This document shows positions 9,935-23,838 of a DNA stretch of 64,000 nucleotides, one piece after another. Within the stretch, counting starts at the first letter, position 1; every line of letters begins with the position of its first letter. Source of the DNA: Sphagnum compactum (Eukaryota). A program made the position numbers and the translations under genes. The notes below the pieces were generated by a model, which ran no database searches, was not told the DNA's origin, and saw nothing but the letters and a program-made list of their open reading frames with translations. Location of the stretch: contig OZ234493.1 in NCBI GenBank assembly GCA_965153455.1, positions 13,940,213-14,004,212 on the forward strand. The letters are read 5' to 3'.

Positions 9935-12900
9935 CAACTCTTCAAATGTGACTAATTAATCTCACTAATCAATTTCATTAAAGGTTAATGCATTGTCTAA
10001 TATTCCTCCTTAATGAAAACTAAGATTAAAACAAACTAATATTTGTTTATTTCCCCTCTTTCAATCGAAAGGGTTGTGACATCAAACATGTCACAACAAT
10101 AACAAATCTTTAAGCTTAGGAAAAACCTTGGTCGTCACAACAATAACAAATCTTTAAGCTTAGGAAAAACCTTCGTCGAGACATCTACAAACATGGATTC
10201 AATAAAAATATAACCCCAAGACAATAATTTAGTTTCAACTTGCTTGTGCAAATAATGATATCAAATTTCAATGTTTGGAATGATCATGAAATTTTGGATC
10301 TTTGAACAAGGCAATACAAGATCAATTGTCACAAAATATCATTATAGGTAAGGGCTATGAGTAACAAAGGTCATCAAGAAGTTGATGTAACCAAGTGGGT
10401 CAAAATGAGTTACAAGGAGCCACAAGTGTTACTTTACATTAGCAATGCCTATCTTTTTTCCCCAAAATAACTTTTTCATATGAATGATTTTTTGAATGAT
10501 TTTTTTTGCAACTTGTTATGAAAAATGATTAGAATTGCCCCAATAAGTCAATTTATTTTTCTTAATCATTTCTTAATAAATATTAATTTGTAAAAATGTA
10601 CAAACTCCTTGCAAATTCTATGTTTCGTCTTGAAAAATGATGCTAATTTGAAATCATACCAAAAACTTTAATTGGAAAGGATGTCAATCTACTATACTAA
10701 ATGCCATATTTGAAGGTCTCTTGCAAGTAACAAAATATACGCTTGATAACATACCAATGAGCTAGTCAAAGGTTGGCCATAAATTGGGTTGTGTTGTTGA
10801 CTACAAATGCCATGTCAAAGTGAATGTAAGTGGTCACGTGGATGAAATTACCAACTACACTAACATAAAGAATCAAAGCCATGTCTTGAACTTCAATGTC
10901 AAATGGGGGAAACATTTCAAAAGTCGGCTTCTTTCCAAATGGCATGGGTGTTAAACTTGGTTTACAATTTACCATCCCAAATTGTTAAAGCTTTTCCAAG
11001 ATGTATTTTTCTAGATTAATATGATTAGTTTTGTTTGGCCTATTTCAATGGACTTGAATGTCAAGATAGTAATGAAACTCCTCATTGTTGGTCATCTCAA
11101 AAGCTGAAATAATTCCATTTTTGCAGTGTTTAAAAATGGAATATTATTGGAAATTGAGATAGAGCCATCAACATAGAATCCCAAAATGATAAACATGTGA
11201 ATGAAATGTTTAATGTATACATTTGGGTAACTTTTAGTTTTTTAAATCCAACTTGCAATAAATATTCATTAAAACATCCATACCACATGCAAGGGGATTG
11301 TTTAAAACCAAATATGGTGCATAACAATGAACAAACTTTTTTCTCAACTCTAAGTTGTTAAACTAGGGGGCTAGGTCATATAAAAAAATTCGACTAAAGC
11401 ATTGTAAAAATGCAATTTTTACATGCATTTGATGGATTTCAAAATTATAAATGGTTGCTAAGGAAATCAAAACTTGAAGAAAAATCATTTTGATGACATG
11501 AAAAAAAATCTTGTCATAATTGATGCCAAATTTCTAGGAAAAATCACAAGCAACAAATCGGGCGTTATATAAAGCAAGGGAACCATCTACATTATATTTG
11601 TTGTGTAAAATCCATTCATAGGATATTACATAGGGAATTGGGTGGCAAGTCAACAAGTTCCCAAGTGCTATTGTTAATGAAGGAATCATATTCTTGGTTA
11701 ATGGTTTTTCACCATCAAGGAGCCTCCAAACTTGAAAAAGCTTCTGAAACTAAAATAATATCATTAACTTGGGATGATATGGATGCACAAAATTATTTTG
11801 GAAGTGTCAAGCCTTATGGCCTTTAATGTATTGAACAAAAATGCATTAGGAGTTTAATGTATGATAAGGATATGTGGTTAGTACCTTTTTAGGTAAAGAA
11901 TTTGAATTTTATGGGTTTTAATTAGTGTATTTGGAGTCAAACTTTGAATAGGAGGAATAGGATCTACTTTTGGTTGTAAATGTGCATTTTGAATTATTGG
12001 TGGGACCATTTGTGGAGGTGGGGCTATAGTTAGAAATAGTGGTGGGGCCATTTATGGGTCATCCAAATATATAAATTCTTCTATGTGATTAGAAGAATTA
12101 ATTGGAGCATCAATGTGTGTGGGTTGTTAGTCAAGGAGAATTACTTCTTCGTCAAATATGACATTTCAATTCAAAATTGTTATGTGTGCATGTCAATCAT
12201 ATAATTAATAACCTTTAATGTTAGTTTGGTATCCATACCCAATGAATATGTATTAAAAAAATTTATCGTCCCATTTTTTTCAAATTTATTGAAAAACTTG
12301 AACATAACAAAGACATCCAAAAATATGCAAATGGGCCAATGTTGGGTTATGATGTTTTGAAACCTCATAAGGGACAATATTTTTAGGGTCAAATATGGCA
12401 ATCCATAATGATCATGGACATGAATCATTGATTGTTAATGGATAGATCATGAACACGAATGAATGATTAATTGGCTAATAATTAAATGATTGATTTTTTT
12501 CACTTATAATTAGGTTGGGTGATGCTACTTCATCAAGTACCTTTTGAAAATCCTTTTAAATATGGTAATTAAATGGCCTTCTTAAAGTTTGATGGTCATC
12601 AAATTTTTTTTGAATAGAAAATTGGGAAGAATGATCTATGTGTTCATAAATTTGTTTGAATTTTGCCAATACCCCAATTGAAGTTTTCTAGGATCGAACC
12701 AAATGAAGTTAAACATCTCCATGATGTAGAAAATATATGACCATGTTTTATTATCACATAGAGACCATGCACGAAGTGTTGCATGATTTGTGTTTCTAGG
12801 ATTGGGATCTAACCCATCCGCCATGGAAAATAAATCATTCCTTTTTAGGAACATTTCAACTCTCATGTTCCATGTAAAATAATTTGTAATCTTGAACCTT

Positions 12901-13344
12901 TCAACAGAACATGCTCTCACCTCTTAATTAACAATAAAAAAATAACATTGTGATTATCAATCAATGGATTAATATTGTACTTGTGATTTTGTTGATAAAT
13001 TTATTTTAAATTATCCATGAATTTATTAAAGTTGATTCGACAATGGCATGTAATCAAAAAAATTCTACTTATAATTTTTCTTTTCTTATTGACTTCAATG
13101 TGGGTATCACTGGACATATTATTTTGAATATAAAACACAATTTAAAAAATGTCATGGCTTTGATACCATGTTGAAATGCAAAGTCGAGAAAAAACAAACA
13201 AAAGGATAAAAAAAACTTAAACATTTATTGTTTCTTTGATGATGTTTTAATACAAGAAAGTCCTTTATGTAGGTTAAAGTGAACCATCACACCTCTTCAA
13301 ATGTGATTAATTAATCTCATTAGAAGTTAATACATTGTCTAATA
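9935..13344 (-). mobile_element. Decayed, internally deleted Ty1/copia LTR retrotransposon
   Basis: 5' LTR at about 13344-13169, followed by PBS TGGTATCAAAGCCA (tRNA-iMet type, 13168-13155). Gag remnant NYFTWNMRVEMFL (12920-12636). RT remnants IFGFKQSPCMWY (11327-11130) and CKPSLTPM...DMAFVV...QFM (10975-10766). RNase H-like remnant at about 10.2-10.4 kb. PPT-like AGGAGGAA at 10010-10003, then a partial 3' LTR (from 10002) matching the 5' LTR (tattagacaatg.attaac...gagattaatta.tcacatttgaagag). Many stops and frameshifts. Confidence 0.88.
10090..10177. repeat. 44-bp tandem duplication inside the copia remnant
   Basis: gtcacaacaataacaaatctttaagcttaggaaaaacctt[g/c]gtc occurs twice, head-to-tail. 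Confidence 0.9.
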
Positions 13345-16300
13345 CCTATGACAAAATTTGGGCCAATATAGGAAAGGAAAAAATTGAGGCAAGAAATTAT
13401 AATTATAACAAATGCACATAACATTGTGAGAATCAAGTTCATGGCAATTGAATTACCTTGCAACTAGAGCTCCAAAACAATTAATATATAATTATGCTAC
13501 AATTGTCCCATAGAAATAGGGGAAATTAATGAATAAAATGTCACATTAAAGAATCATGGAATTGTATCGTAGTTACAAGTTAGTTGTAAGATGGAGATAT
13601 CTATACAAGAAAATGTACACACCATAAATATGGTTGCAAGCAACCATCTTTGATTATGTTGGCAAATTGCACTTTGGTAGCATGTGACAACTACATTACA
13701 ATTAGGGTAAATGTAACACCCAATTAATGATTCCTTTACAACTAGTGTACATTTTTCACACATATGATCATGCCACATGTATGCATTTTCACCGCCCATT
13801 ACATATAACACTTTCAATTTGTTTGTAACTAGTTGTCAACTATACTTCCCATTGATCCAACTAGTTGTGCCACTAGGTTATCACTACATAAGTATTACCT
13901 TTTCACTATTTTGTGATTATTGTTCAAAATTTTTATTACTAATTTTGCAATTGCAATTTGACAACATCATGTCACCATACAAAACTGTTAGACCGTATAA
14001 TTCATTGAAGATGAAAGTTTACTCTTGAAGTGAAATTAAAAGCAATTTCTATATTGTATTGCAAATTTAATTAGGGTGTACATGTGGATCTACTTTTATA
14101 TACCTATCTTATACCCCAAATATCTAATTATTTCATTGACAAAGGTCGATTTTTTCAAGCCAATCATGTGACTATGTCTATTATAAAAAAAATTCAAGAT
14201 GAATTATAAAAAATATATTTTTTCCTTCTAACAATTAACATTTAGTAAATATGTAAACCAAAGTAACAAAATTAGCCAAACCGACATGTGGACACATTAG
14301 TAAAATCAACCATGTGATTATTGTGAATAATTAATATGCAACTAGATTTCAACTTGGAATTTGAAATTTGAAAATATGAAATTTGGGCAAGATACTTTTA
14401 AGCAAGTGACACATGACAATAAATCAACAAATCTCCCCTTTTGAATCAACAACTCTCATGCATCTATGCCTATTGTTAAAAAACTTGATATGAACCAGAA
14501 AGGAGGTATTTTTCTTTAAACATTTTTGTGTCTTTTGGTCATGCAATTATCATATCATGTGCTACATAACTAAGATTTTTTTTTTTTTCTAGTTTAAAAG
14601 TGAAGCTGAAAGGTTGTTACAAGTTTATTTATTAATTTAAAAATTTGGAGGTTGAAAATTCTTATTCTTGTTCTTAGAGGTTGAAGGTTATTGTTTTCGT
14701 TATTATTTTTGTCCATTGAAAGTTCGTGATCTATGCATCATGAGATGTTTATTTGCATATATTAACGAAAAATGGTGTGAAAAAATCTTCCATTTTTTAA
14801 AGAAGTTGACTTGTAAAATGTAACTTATAGTGATGAGGGATTTATGAGGGGTGAATAAGTTTTTATGAGAATCATGTTGTGCCTTTTGTTTGTGTGTTTG
14901 AACATTTAGATTTTTGAAATGGAAGGTGGAGTTGAAATAAAACTAATTTGTTCAAACACACATGTCATTTTTGTGCAATTATGATGACATTTGTTATTTG
15001 TGTTATAAGGCAAAACTTTGATAATGTTTGAATCCATCAAAATTAAAGTTGTGCATACAAGGTAAGGTTTTAAAAAAAATGAAATGGTGGTTTTGTTTGA
15101 AAAATATTGTCTTGAGTAAAAGGGCATGCACATGTGATGTTGTATAATTTGGTTAGGTGAATAACTATTTCATTAAATGTGTTATTGTTTGTTGTGTAAT
15201 AATCCAAACCAATACATGCAAAAAGACAAATTTCAAAGCAACAAAGGTGAAGTAATAGACCAAATATGGTGAATTCTAACTTCAATACTCCAAGTACGTG
15301 ATGCATTTTATTTTGAAAACCACCATTTTATGTAAGTGTAACTTATTACGTTTTAGTTTGTATCATGTTATGTATGTTGCATTTTAGTGATTAATAATGT
15401 TTATGAATGACATTGTAGTTTAAATTAGTTCATTTAAATTGAAAGAATGGACATTTAGATATCGTTTGCATTACAATGTTATGTATACGTTATTGATCTC
15501 ATTTCACACGTGACATTGAATACCATATAATGGCAGATTTCAAGCAAACAATGTGAAATGAAGAAATTATAGTTCAAGCTCCATTTCAACTATATATATA
15601 TATATATAATGTTTAAATGACAATATTTGATTATGTGGTTCATCATCTTTGTGATGAACTTTTGTTATAACTGGTTTGGGCAATATATTTAAATTTATAA
15701 TCAAATTTCATTTCAATAAATAATTTTTAAAAAATGTTCTTATAATGCATTTTCCAACTTTGAAATTTGAATGCCAATGTACACAATTTTAGATATGTTT
15801 CATATTTGTAAATAGTGATGGAATGCAATTATGCATTATCCATCGAACTTTGGACAATGATAATGTGTGTGCAAGGTCTACACATTTGCATTGTAATATG
15901 TAATTTAGTTGTTCAATTTTCTTAAAATCAATTGCCATACAACTACATTAAAACCCATAACTAAACACGTAGTTGTAAAGGACATCAACAAATTTCATTT
16001 ATAAATGAATGAATGAAAAATCACATAAACATCAAGTTCATTGATGGATGAATGAAAAATAATGCAACATTAAGTTTGTCGATGAATGAATAAAAAGTCA
16101 CACAAACATTAACATTACACCAAAATGTGGTAAATATGACTTGATTTTTTGGATTAACATTACACTAAAATGTGTCCTAGTTCACTCTAGCTTTCATTAG
16201 ATTTTGAATGAATTTGGACATTTTTACCATGGTGAAAGTGGTCAACCCCCTAATGAATAGGGACCAGTTGTTACGGACAATGAATTGGTCCATTAATATC

Positions 16301-16944
16301 TAATGAAATAAGGTTATTTTCAAGTGAAATATTAATTTACCAAGCCATTTCACTTGTTAATTAATTAACTAAGTAGCATGGAAATCAATTAAATTTAAAT
16401 TATTTAATATTTAATAATACTGATAACTTCATGATTTTCAGCCTATGAATTATTGACACATGTCACTACCTAACATAGCTACATAGGCCATGTAATCAAC
16501 TTAAGTAGGCACCTATTTTAGGGAACAATATAGAAGAATATTTGGTCAACTTACCACTATTGACCACAAACACACCATTTGTGAGGTTTGATCCTTTGAC
16601 CTCTAGGATGGAAGTAAACACCCCTACCATCAAGCCATCACACTTGTTATGATAATGTGTTACATTGCATTTTATTTATCAAATACTTCATTTTAAACAT
16701 TACAAAAACATAAACTTTAAAAATTCATATCTTATTGAGATTTTGTCCAAATAAAATGATAGAAGTTGTTTTTTTTTTTCAATAATGTAGGTAATTATAT
16801 ATATATTTTTTGAAAGTATAAAATCATTCGAACAAATTATTTTTTGAATATCACTATTCAATAACATTTCAATGACCATTTTTTTGAAAAAAAAAAAGTT
16901 TAATAGATGGATAAATTTTTTGTTAATATAATAATACTACCTTT

Positions 16945-18350
16945 GTTAAGTTACTTTTAGTTATTTTAGGGCTACTTTTCATTGTTTTAAGTTATTTCAC
17001 CTTACATTATTTATGGTTATTTATGGTTATTCTCAGTTATTTTAGCTATTTCACCTTAAGTTACTTTCGATTATTTTGAGTTATTTTTGACTATTTTATG
17101 TTACTTTTGATTCTTTTAGGTTATTTCACATTCGGCTATTTTTAACTATTATAATTTTTTTTTGCTATTTTATGTTTTTTCGGCTATTATAGGCTATTTC
17201 ATTCTAGGTTATTTGTGGTTATTATAAATTATTTTTGACTATTCTAAGCTCTTTCATTTTTAATTATTTTTGACTATGTGAAATTATTATTAATTATTTT
17301 TGGCTATTGAAGGTTATTTCATGTTATGTTATTATTGACTATTTTAGGTTATATTACCATAAGTTATTTATGGTTATCCTATTTGTGGCTACTGGTTGCT
17401 CTTCTATTGGTGGCTATTAATGGTTATTTTATTAATGGCTATTGGTGGGTATTAATGGTTATTTTATTGGTGGATATTAGTGGGTATTACTTTAATGATT
17501 GTCACTGGTAATTCTATTAATGGTTATTATTAATTATTCTATTGGTGGCTATTGGTGGATATTCTATTGGTAAATATTGGTGGTTATTATAGGTTAAATT
17601 ATCATACGCTATTGGTGGTTTTTAGTGGTTATTATCGGTGGCTATTTCATTAATGGTTATTAGTGCCTATTGGTGGCTAAATTACCATAGGCTATTGGTG
17701 GCTATTGGTGATTATCCCATTAATGGTTATTGTTGGATATTCTATTGTAGGCCATTGGTGGTTATCTTATTAGTGGCTATTGGTGGCTATTAATGGTTGT
17801 TTTATTAATGGTTATTCTATTGTGAGTATTGGTGGCTATTATATTATAAATTATTGTTGGATATTTTAAGTTATATTATCATAGGCTATTGGTAGTTATT
17901 TTATTGTAGGTTATTCTAAATTATTTTTCATAGGCTATTATTGGCTATTTTAGGTTATTTTACTTAGTTCATTATATTATATTTTAGATTATTTTAAATT
18001 GTTATACTTAAGATCAAATAACTTATAATAACACAAAGTATAATGACTTTGAATAATTTAAAATATAATTTGAAATAACATATATTAGCTTAAAATAAAA
18101 TAACCTAAAGTTAGTTGAATAATTTAATTTAAAAACCTATAATAAATTAGCTATGATACCTTAAGGTATAATAACGTATAATAATTTAAGGTATAATAAT
18201 TTATAATAGCCCATAATAACTTATAATAACTTAAGGTATAAGTTAGAAAAACTAAGGTAACCTAAAATAATATAAAGTATATCATAAAGTAGCATAGGGT
18301 ATTTAAAACAACAACATAAAAATAAACCTATTTACCATAATAAATTATAA
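16945..18350. repeat. Low-complexity GG(T/C)TATT array with strand switch (fold-back-like repeat)
   Basis: ggttatt/ggctatt/ttattttaggtt units run from 16945 to about 18000. Reverse-complement units (aataacc, acctaaaataa) run from about 18010 to 18350. Confidence 0.7.
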
Positions 18351-18879
18351 TAGTGAATTATGTCAACTTGTAATGAAACACGATCTTTGCATAGTGATAT
18401 TATAGTGAAATAACTTTAATTAAGGTGAAAACACTAAAGTGAAGTGAATTTATTTCACTTTTAATGTCCCATATTGATTTAGGCTAATGAATTACACCCC
18501 ATTTTTGTGTTAGTGTGGGGAAGAAAAAGACTTAGGACAAATTATTTTGAGGCATTAAGACATGTTGCTACTATGGGAGAAGGATTTGAAGAAACATTAT
18601 AAGGCCTTTGAAAAAACAATTCACCTCCTACACTTACATTGTCATAATTAGTGATTTTAAGGAGGAAAAATAGGTGGAAAAAAAACTATAGACATAGGAA
18701 AAAAAGCTGAACAACTTGTGGAAGTTGAGCAACCGATGGATTTTTCGTTAGCACAAGTTGAAAGAAGATTCTTTGATGTAGAAGTTAATTTTCTTAACAT
18801 ACATGTTGTTATACCTACCAAGGCCTAGTCCAAATACATGATGAGGTGTAAAGGAAAGGAACATGTGGAGGAGGGCGGT

Positions 18880-21600
18880 TCACTTGCCAAAATGATTCGA
18901 AAGCGAACACTTGTTGAAGCAAAAGAAATTCAAAAAATGCTTCAATGGATCTGAATGGGATCTGAATGGGATCCAAAGAGCGACAATGGGTAGAGCGAAC
19001 TAGTTTGGGTGGCTTATTTGTTGTTCACTAAATAGTTCCATGACCAGACTTGTTGGAGGAGTTTTTGCACACCTAGGCATCCATAGAGGATGGACGCATT
19101 AGGGCAATTGTTTGTGGTGAGAAAATCACCATTGACCAAATGTTAATTGCTTAACAATTTGGTGTTAGTGCTAAAGGGGTAGTTGATGTATCAAACACAT
19201 TCGTTAAGGAGGCCCAAATTGCTCTCAGGAACATAGCTAAATCAAATGCGTTTGTGAACAAAAAATAATGGAATGCCATTTAGTTAAAGGAGGAATACCA
19301 CACTAGATTTGCAACAATTATACAAATCATTTACCAATGAGAAATGTTAGTTTATTTCAATAACCACATTGCCATTACTTTAAATTTCGCAAACAAAGGG
19401 AAGAAAATCAACTGGTGCTCCATTATGTTGACACAAATGTTAATATATTTGTTTGGTTATGTGTGTTTTATATGACTTTTTACGTACTATTATATAATGA
19501 CGAATTACCCAAAATAAGTCACATTCTCAAACTACGAGAGCAACTGATTTCACATCAAAATGTAGGCACAGAATTGAGCAATTACAGTGTTGAACAGGAT
19601 GTGCTTTTCCAAGAATGCTTTGACACCAGTATATCCTATCTGTACTCGAGTGTATCTGGAGCATCCAAGTGGTGTAACAAAATGATAAAAAGCTTAAATG
19701 TTAATCAATTGAAAAAAATGAATAAATCTTATGTATGTTTCTTGAGAGAAATTAGTGTCTCACAAATAATAATAAAAAAATGCATTCTCAACCATGAGTC
19801 CCTCTACTTATCATCACACTTTTCTAGTTTTACGTCAAAGCACCGCTCTCAACAAAATATATGTTTTACGCAGACATAGGTACATTCTAGTAAATATCCA
19901 AAACGGACCAAGAAAGAAGAGGAATACGAATGCGTGAATTGCTCATATTTGCTATTTGAATTTTTAGTGTTTTGAGTTCAAAACAAATCTTAATTTATAG
20001 AACTGACCCAATGGATTGAACACCAAAAACAGAGTGTAGTAGGGTTATTAGCACCTAACAAGAAGGCAACAACTTGTTACTTTAGAATAGTTATAAAAAT
20101 ATGTTTATAACATTAATTTCACTTGTTAAAGGAAGATACGCCCGTTGATTCTCCAAAACCACAACTGATTCAGGAGAGAAAAAAAAAGAAGGTTTTTGCA
20201 AAGCAATATGGAGATACCTTTCTTGAGGTTGTGACGAAGGAGTAATTCATTAGTGAATGTCGATTAGTGTGCTCAACTAACATATCGCCACAACCAGTTT
20301 GATAGTCACAATGGGTGAAGATACGAACAGAGCTGTCAACACCTAGGGATTGGTTGAGTCCAAAACCAACCAATTCACCACCAAAGAAAAAACCTCACAC
20401 CCATCAATGAATTATGATTATGGAGGGAGGTGATGAGGACATGGAAACCGATGTTATTACACAACAAGATGACAAATAAGTAAGGATGGAAAGTGACTAG
20501 TTCATGGAAGATCGAAGTGAACCTAACTTTGAACAAGTACCAAATCAAAAGCCTTTACATGTTCAAAAGACTTCTGCTCCTATAGAACATGCTAACAACA
20601 TGTTATCAATAAATACATAACCAATTAAACCAATTAAACCTAAACTTGTTGAACCAGTTTAGCCTAGACTTGTTTATATTTTTCTTAAGACGTCAACAGT
20701 TTATGTTCAACATGAAAGTCTGAAACAAGTTACACATTTTTTTGAGCAAGTAACCTTAATTGCCAGACTTGGCTTCAAATAGTAGATAGCTTAGTTGATT
20801 TGAAAACCAAATACAATATTGTTGATAACTTGTTAGAGGACATTAACAACTAGTTACAGGCGTATTGCCTAAAACTAGTTAGCCATAAATTAGACCTGTA
20901 GAACAAAGATAAGGACCTAGTTACTATGAAAACCCAACTATTTAAACTACAAACAAAAATTAAGCATCTGGCCACTAAAAATGTTGAAACTAAAAGGGCA
21001 ATAAAAAAGGCTGAAATTTTGTAGTTGGAGTACAATGAGCTAAACTAGGTTCATTTCAAAACTTATAATGACTTGAAGGCTTTACAAACTGATTTTGACC
21101 GGTTAACAAGGGACTACGGCAAGATGGAAGCCATTAGTGTACAACGGGAGAAGAATTTGAAGGCAAATTGGAAACACTTTGTCGAGCGCCAAGTAAAGTT
21201 TCTCAAACCACATATATGAATAACTAGTTGAAAGAGTTTGAGGAATTGTTTTTGGACAATGCCTTGCTTAAGGTACAAAACCAAACATTGGTTGATAAAA
21301 ACCCGAAGTGGAAGGAATGGTGGTAAATTGTATAGGAGATTAGGGAGGAACATATTCAAGACAGTTTGGAGATAACTCGTGCAAATGAAGAAGCTTACTT
21401 AAATGAATTGGTTGCATATCGATTACAGTTTGAAGGCTATACATATGATCAGCTTACTAACAAATTGGTTGAAGTACCTGTTATTGTTTTCTAAAAAATG
21501 TCACCTATGTAGGTAGCAAATGTAACTACGAATTTTTGGAATGAACTTGTTGTCAGTATTATTTAGGAACCCAAACTAATTAAAGGAGGAGTAGCCTTGA
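18880..21600 (+). pseudogene. Decayed TE-associated accessory ORF (plant mobile-element type) with coiled-coil C-terminal part, interrupted at ~19445-20050
   Basis: Stop-riddled frame PDLLEEFLHT*ASIEDGRIRAIVCGEKITIDQMLIA*QFGVS...FATIIQIIYQ*...NKGKKINWCSIMLTQML (about 19045-19442). It appears to resume near 20060 (KKATTCYF...), followed by acidic and coiled-coil-like remnants. Family assignment is inference. Confidence 0.5.
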
Positions 21601-22384
21601 ACACATAATCCCTTAACCACATGATGTTGATCTAAGTAAAATAAGAACAAACCTGACATTTAACCTTTCAAAGTATAGAAAGACATTATAAAAGTATGAA
21701 ATGAAAAACACAAAACAAACTACAAAACATCAATGGCAACTTTTAGAACCTTAAAACTTGTCGCCACCCATTCTCACTTCACAAAACCCTAACTTCACAA
21801 CTAAAAAATAAAATACCCAATGTGAGATAAACTCAAATAAGATAAAATCTGCAAAACTTGGATTCAATGTGACAATCCTTGTCCCTATGGGCCCAACAAA
21901 GCCGGAAATATACAGAAGATGTGCAAATGTTGAAAAAGTCAACCTTAAATAGGAAGATGCAAATAAATGTTATGGAACATCTATGTAATTTTACAATACT
22001 TAAACATCTTTCCATTAAGTATTATGATCACAACAAATTTCCATTTTGTTTTTTCAACTAATTGTGTTCATAATTATGTCTCAATTCCACCAATCAAGCA
22101 TTGACTAATTGAAGGGGTTATGTGTCAAATTGTGATTCACCACATAATGACATTTATATATTTTTTCATGAGAACATGTGTTCCCAAAGTTCCTAACATG
22201 ATTAAATATATATTTTCAATGCACTTGGAGCTTTCCAATCAAAAGATATTGTCCTTGGAGTAAGATACAAGGCCTTATGTTAATGGTTTTCTATTAGGTT
22301 GTTGTGATCACAACACACTATGTGTAACTATGATCATAGTAGCCTAAGACCCTTAAGAGACCTTTAAGATGCATATGAGGCTAA

Positions 22385-23180
22385 ACCATAAATCCAATAG
22401 GGATACACCAACTTTGATGTGTTCACGGGGGAGAGTGCATAGTCACATATGATGCAGTTTGATTCTTTCACCTCCATAAATTGTTAGGGATGTCGGGTTC
22501 CATGTTTTGCACAAGTAAACACATGTTTTTTCAATGCCATCTTTCTAATCATCATGGTGACGAATGGATATTGTGCTTACAATAAATGGTAGTCGCACAT
22601 TGAAAAACATAATCATTACTGGCCTAATTTGTGCAAGTCTTGTTTCACAAGCCGTTTATTCTTGGGGAGTGGCTACGATGATTATAACTCATGTAAAAAT
22701 TGTGTCATATTATAACTAACACCTTGAGAACGATTTCATTCCTCTAGTAGTAGAAATATTTGGATATTTACACCAACATGCGGATGACTTCCTTCAGTGA
22801 TGTGCCAAAGTGACATGATTAGCGAAGGGCTCTGGCTTAGGTCCTCCTTTTTCGATTATACGTTCATTTTATAAGTAGAGGGTGTCAATGGCTCTTTAGA
22901 GAGTTCAGGCCACTACTATTTTACGTTGGGTAGTTGTGGCAACAGGAGATCAATGTTTTTTTTAAACTTGGTGTCTTTTTAAGTTTTTCGCCCATCTCCT
23001 TGCACAACTTGCTTTGTGTTAATGGTGATGGATTTAGGTCCTAGGTGTGATGTTTTCTCCTCTCAGGGCTCCCCATTGTGCGTTTTGCATTTTTAGGTGT
23101 GATCTTTTGTTTGGATTTTGATCCCTTTTTTTCATGTTTTTGTTCCCTCGGGTGTTTTTTCGTTCTTTCTTTCTTTATTT
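22385..23180 (+). mobile_element. 3' fragment of an RLE-type (CRE/NeSL-like) non-LTR retrotransposon
   Basis: Degenerate frame: GIHQL*CVHGGECI..YDAV (zinc-knuckle remnant), RMDIVL (PD..D motif region), DFIPLVVEIFGYLHQHADDFL, FYK*RVSMAL*RVQATTIL. This is the C-terminal signature of restriction-like endonuclease retroelements. A 3' UTR ends in a (TTTC)n/T-rich tail at about 23155-23180. Confidence 0.72.
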
Positions 23181-23460
23181 TAAAAGATTGTTCCTACTAT
23201 GAAATGTAGGAAAAAATAACTAGCAATTACGAATTTTTTGTTTGCTTATGATTGGTTGAAACCAAATCACCATTGGAGATCAGTAGTTATATTTAAAACC
23301 AAAATTGACCTTGAAACCCACTAATAAAATTGAATAGATTTTTGCTAAAGAACTAAAGAAAACTGAAGGAAACTAACAATGATTCACCTCCCAAAAAAAA
23401 AAAATCTTTAATTAAAAATCAATATGACCAAATATGATTAGATTTATTGTTTTCTTCTTT

Positions 23461-23646
23461 GCTGGTGCGGAAGCGTTTATTGAAAGCGGTTCGCTGCTGG
23501 TGTGAAAGCGGTCAGTTGAAAGCAGTTCACTTGCTAGTGTGAAAGCGGAGTGTTGAAAGCCATTTGTTGCCTGTGTAAAAGCGGTTCCATCGTCATCGCC
23601 GGTGTGAGATTGGTTCCGTACTAGTTGCTGGTGTGAAAGCGGTTCT
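23461..23646 (+). promoter_or_regulatory. Array of GCTGGTGTGAAAGCGG-like motifs in the PEX1 proximal promoter/5'UTR
   Basis: GAAAGCGG or near-matches occur at about 23482, 23504, 23518, 23541, 23555, 23577 and 23635, with ~36-37 bp periodicity, 190-380 bp upstream of the ATG. Confidence 0.5.
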
Positions 23647-23838
23647 GTCGTCATTGCCGCAATCGGACGCCGAACGGATTACCAGGATGTCGCGCCGGAA
23701 GATTGTGTTTCGGCGGTGGATTTGGAGGTTGGCGATGGCGAGGCTGATGTTGGGCGACTAGTTTTGGAATTGGGTTTCTGGATTCGGCAATATCTTAACA
23801 TTGTACGTGTGTGCAATTTGAAAGTTTTGTTGTTCCAA

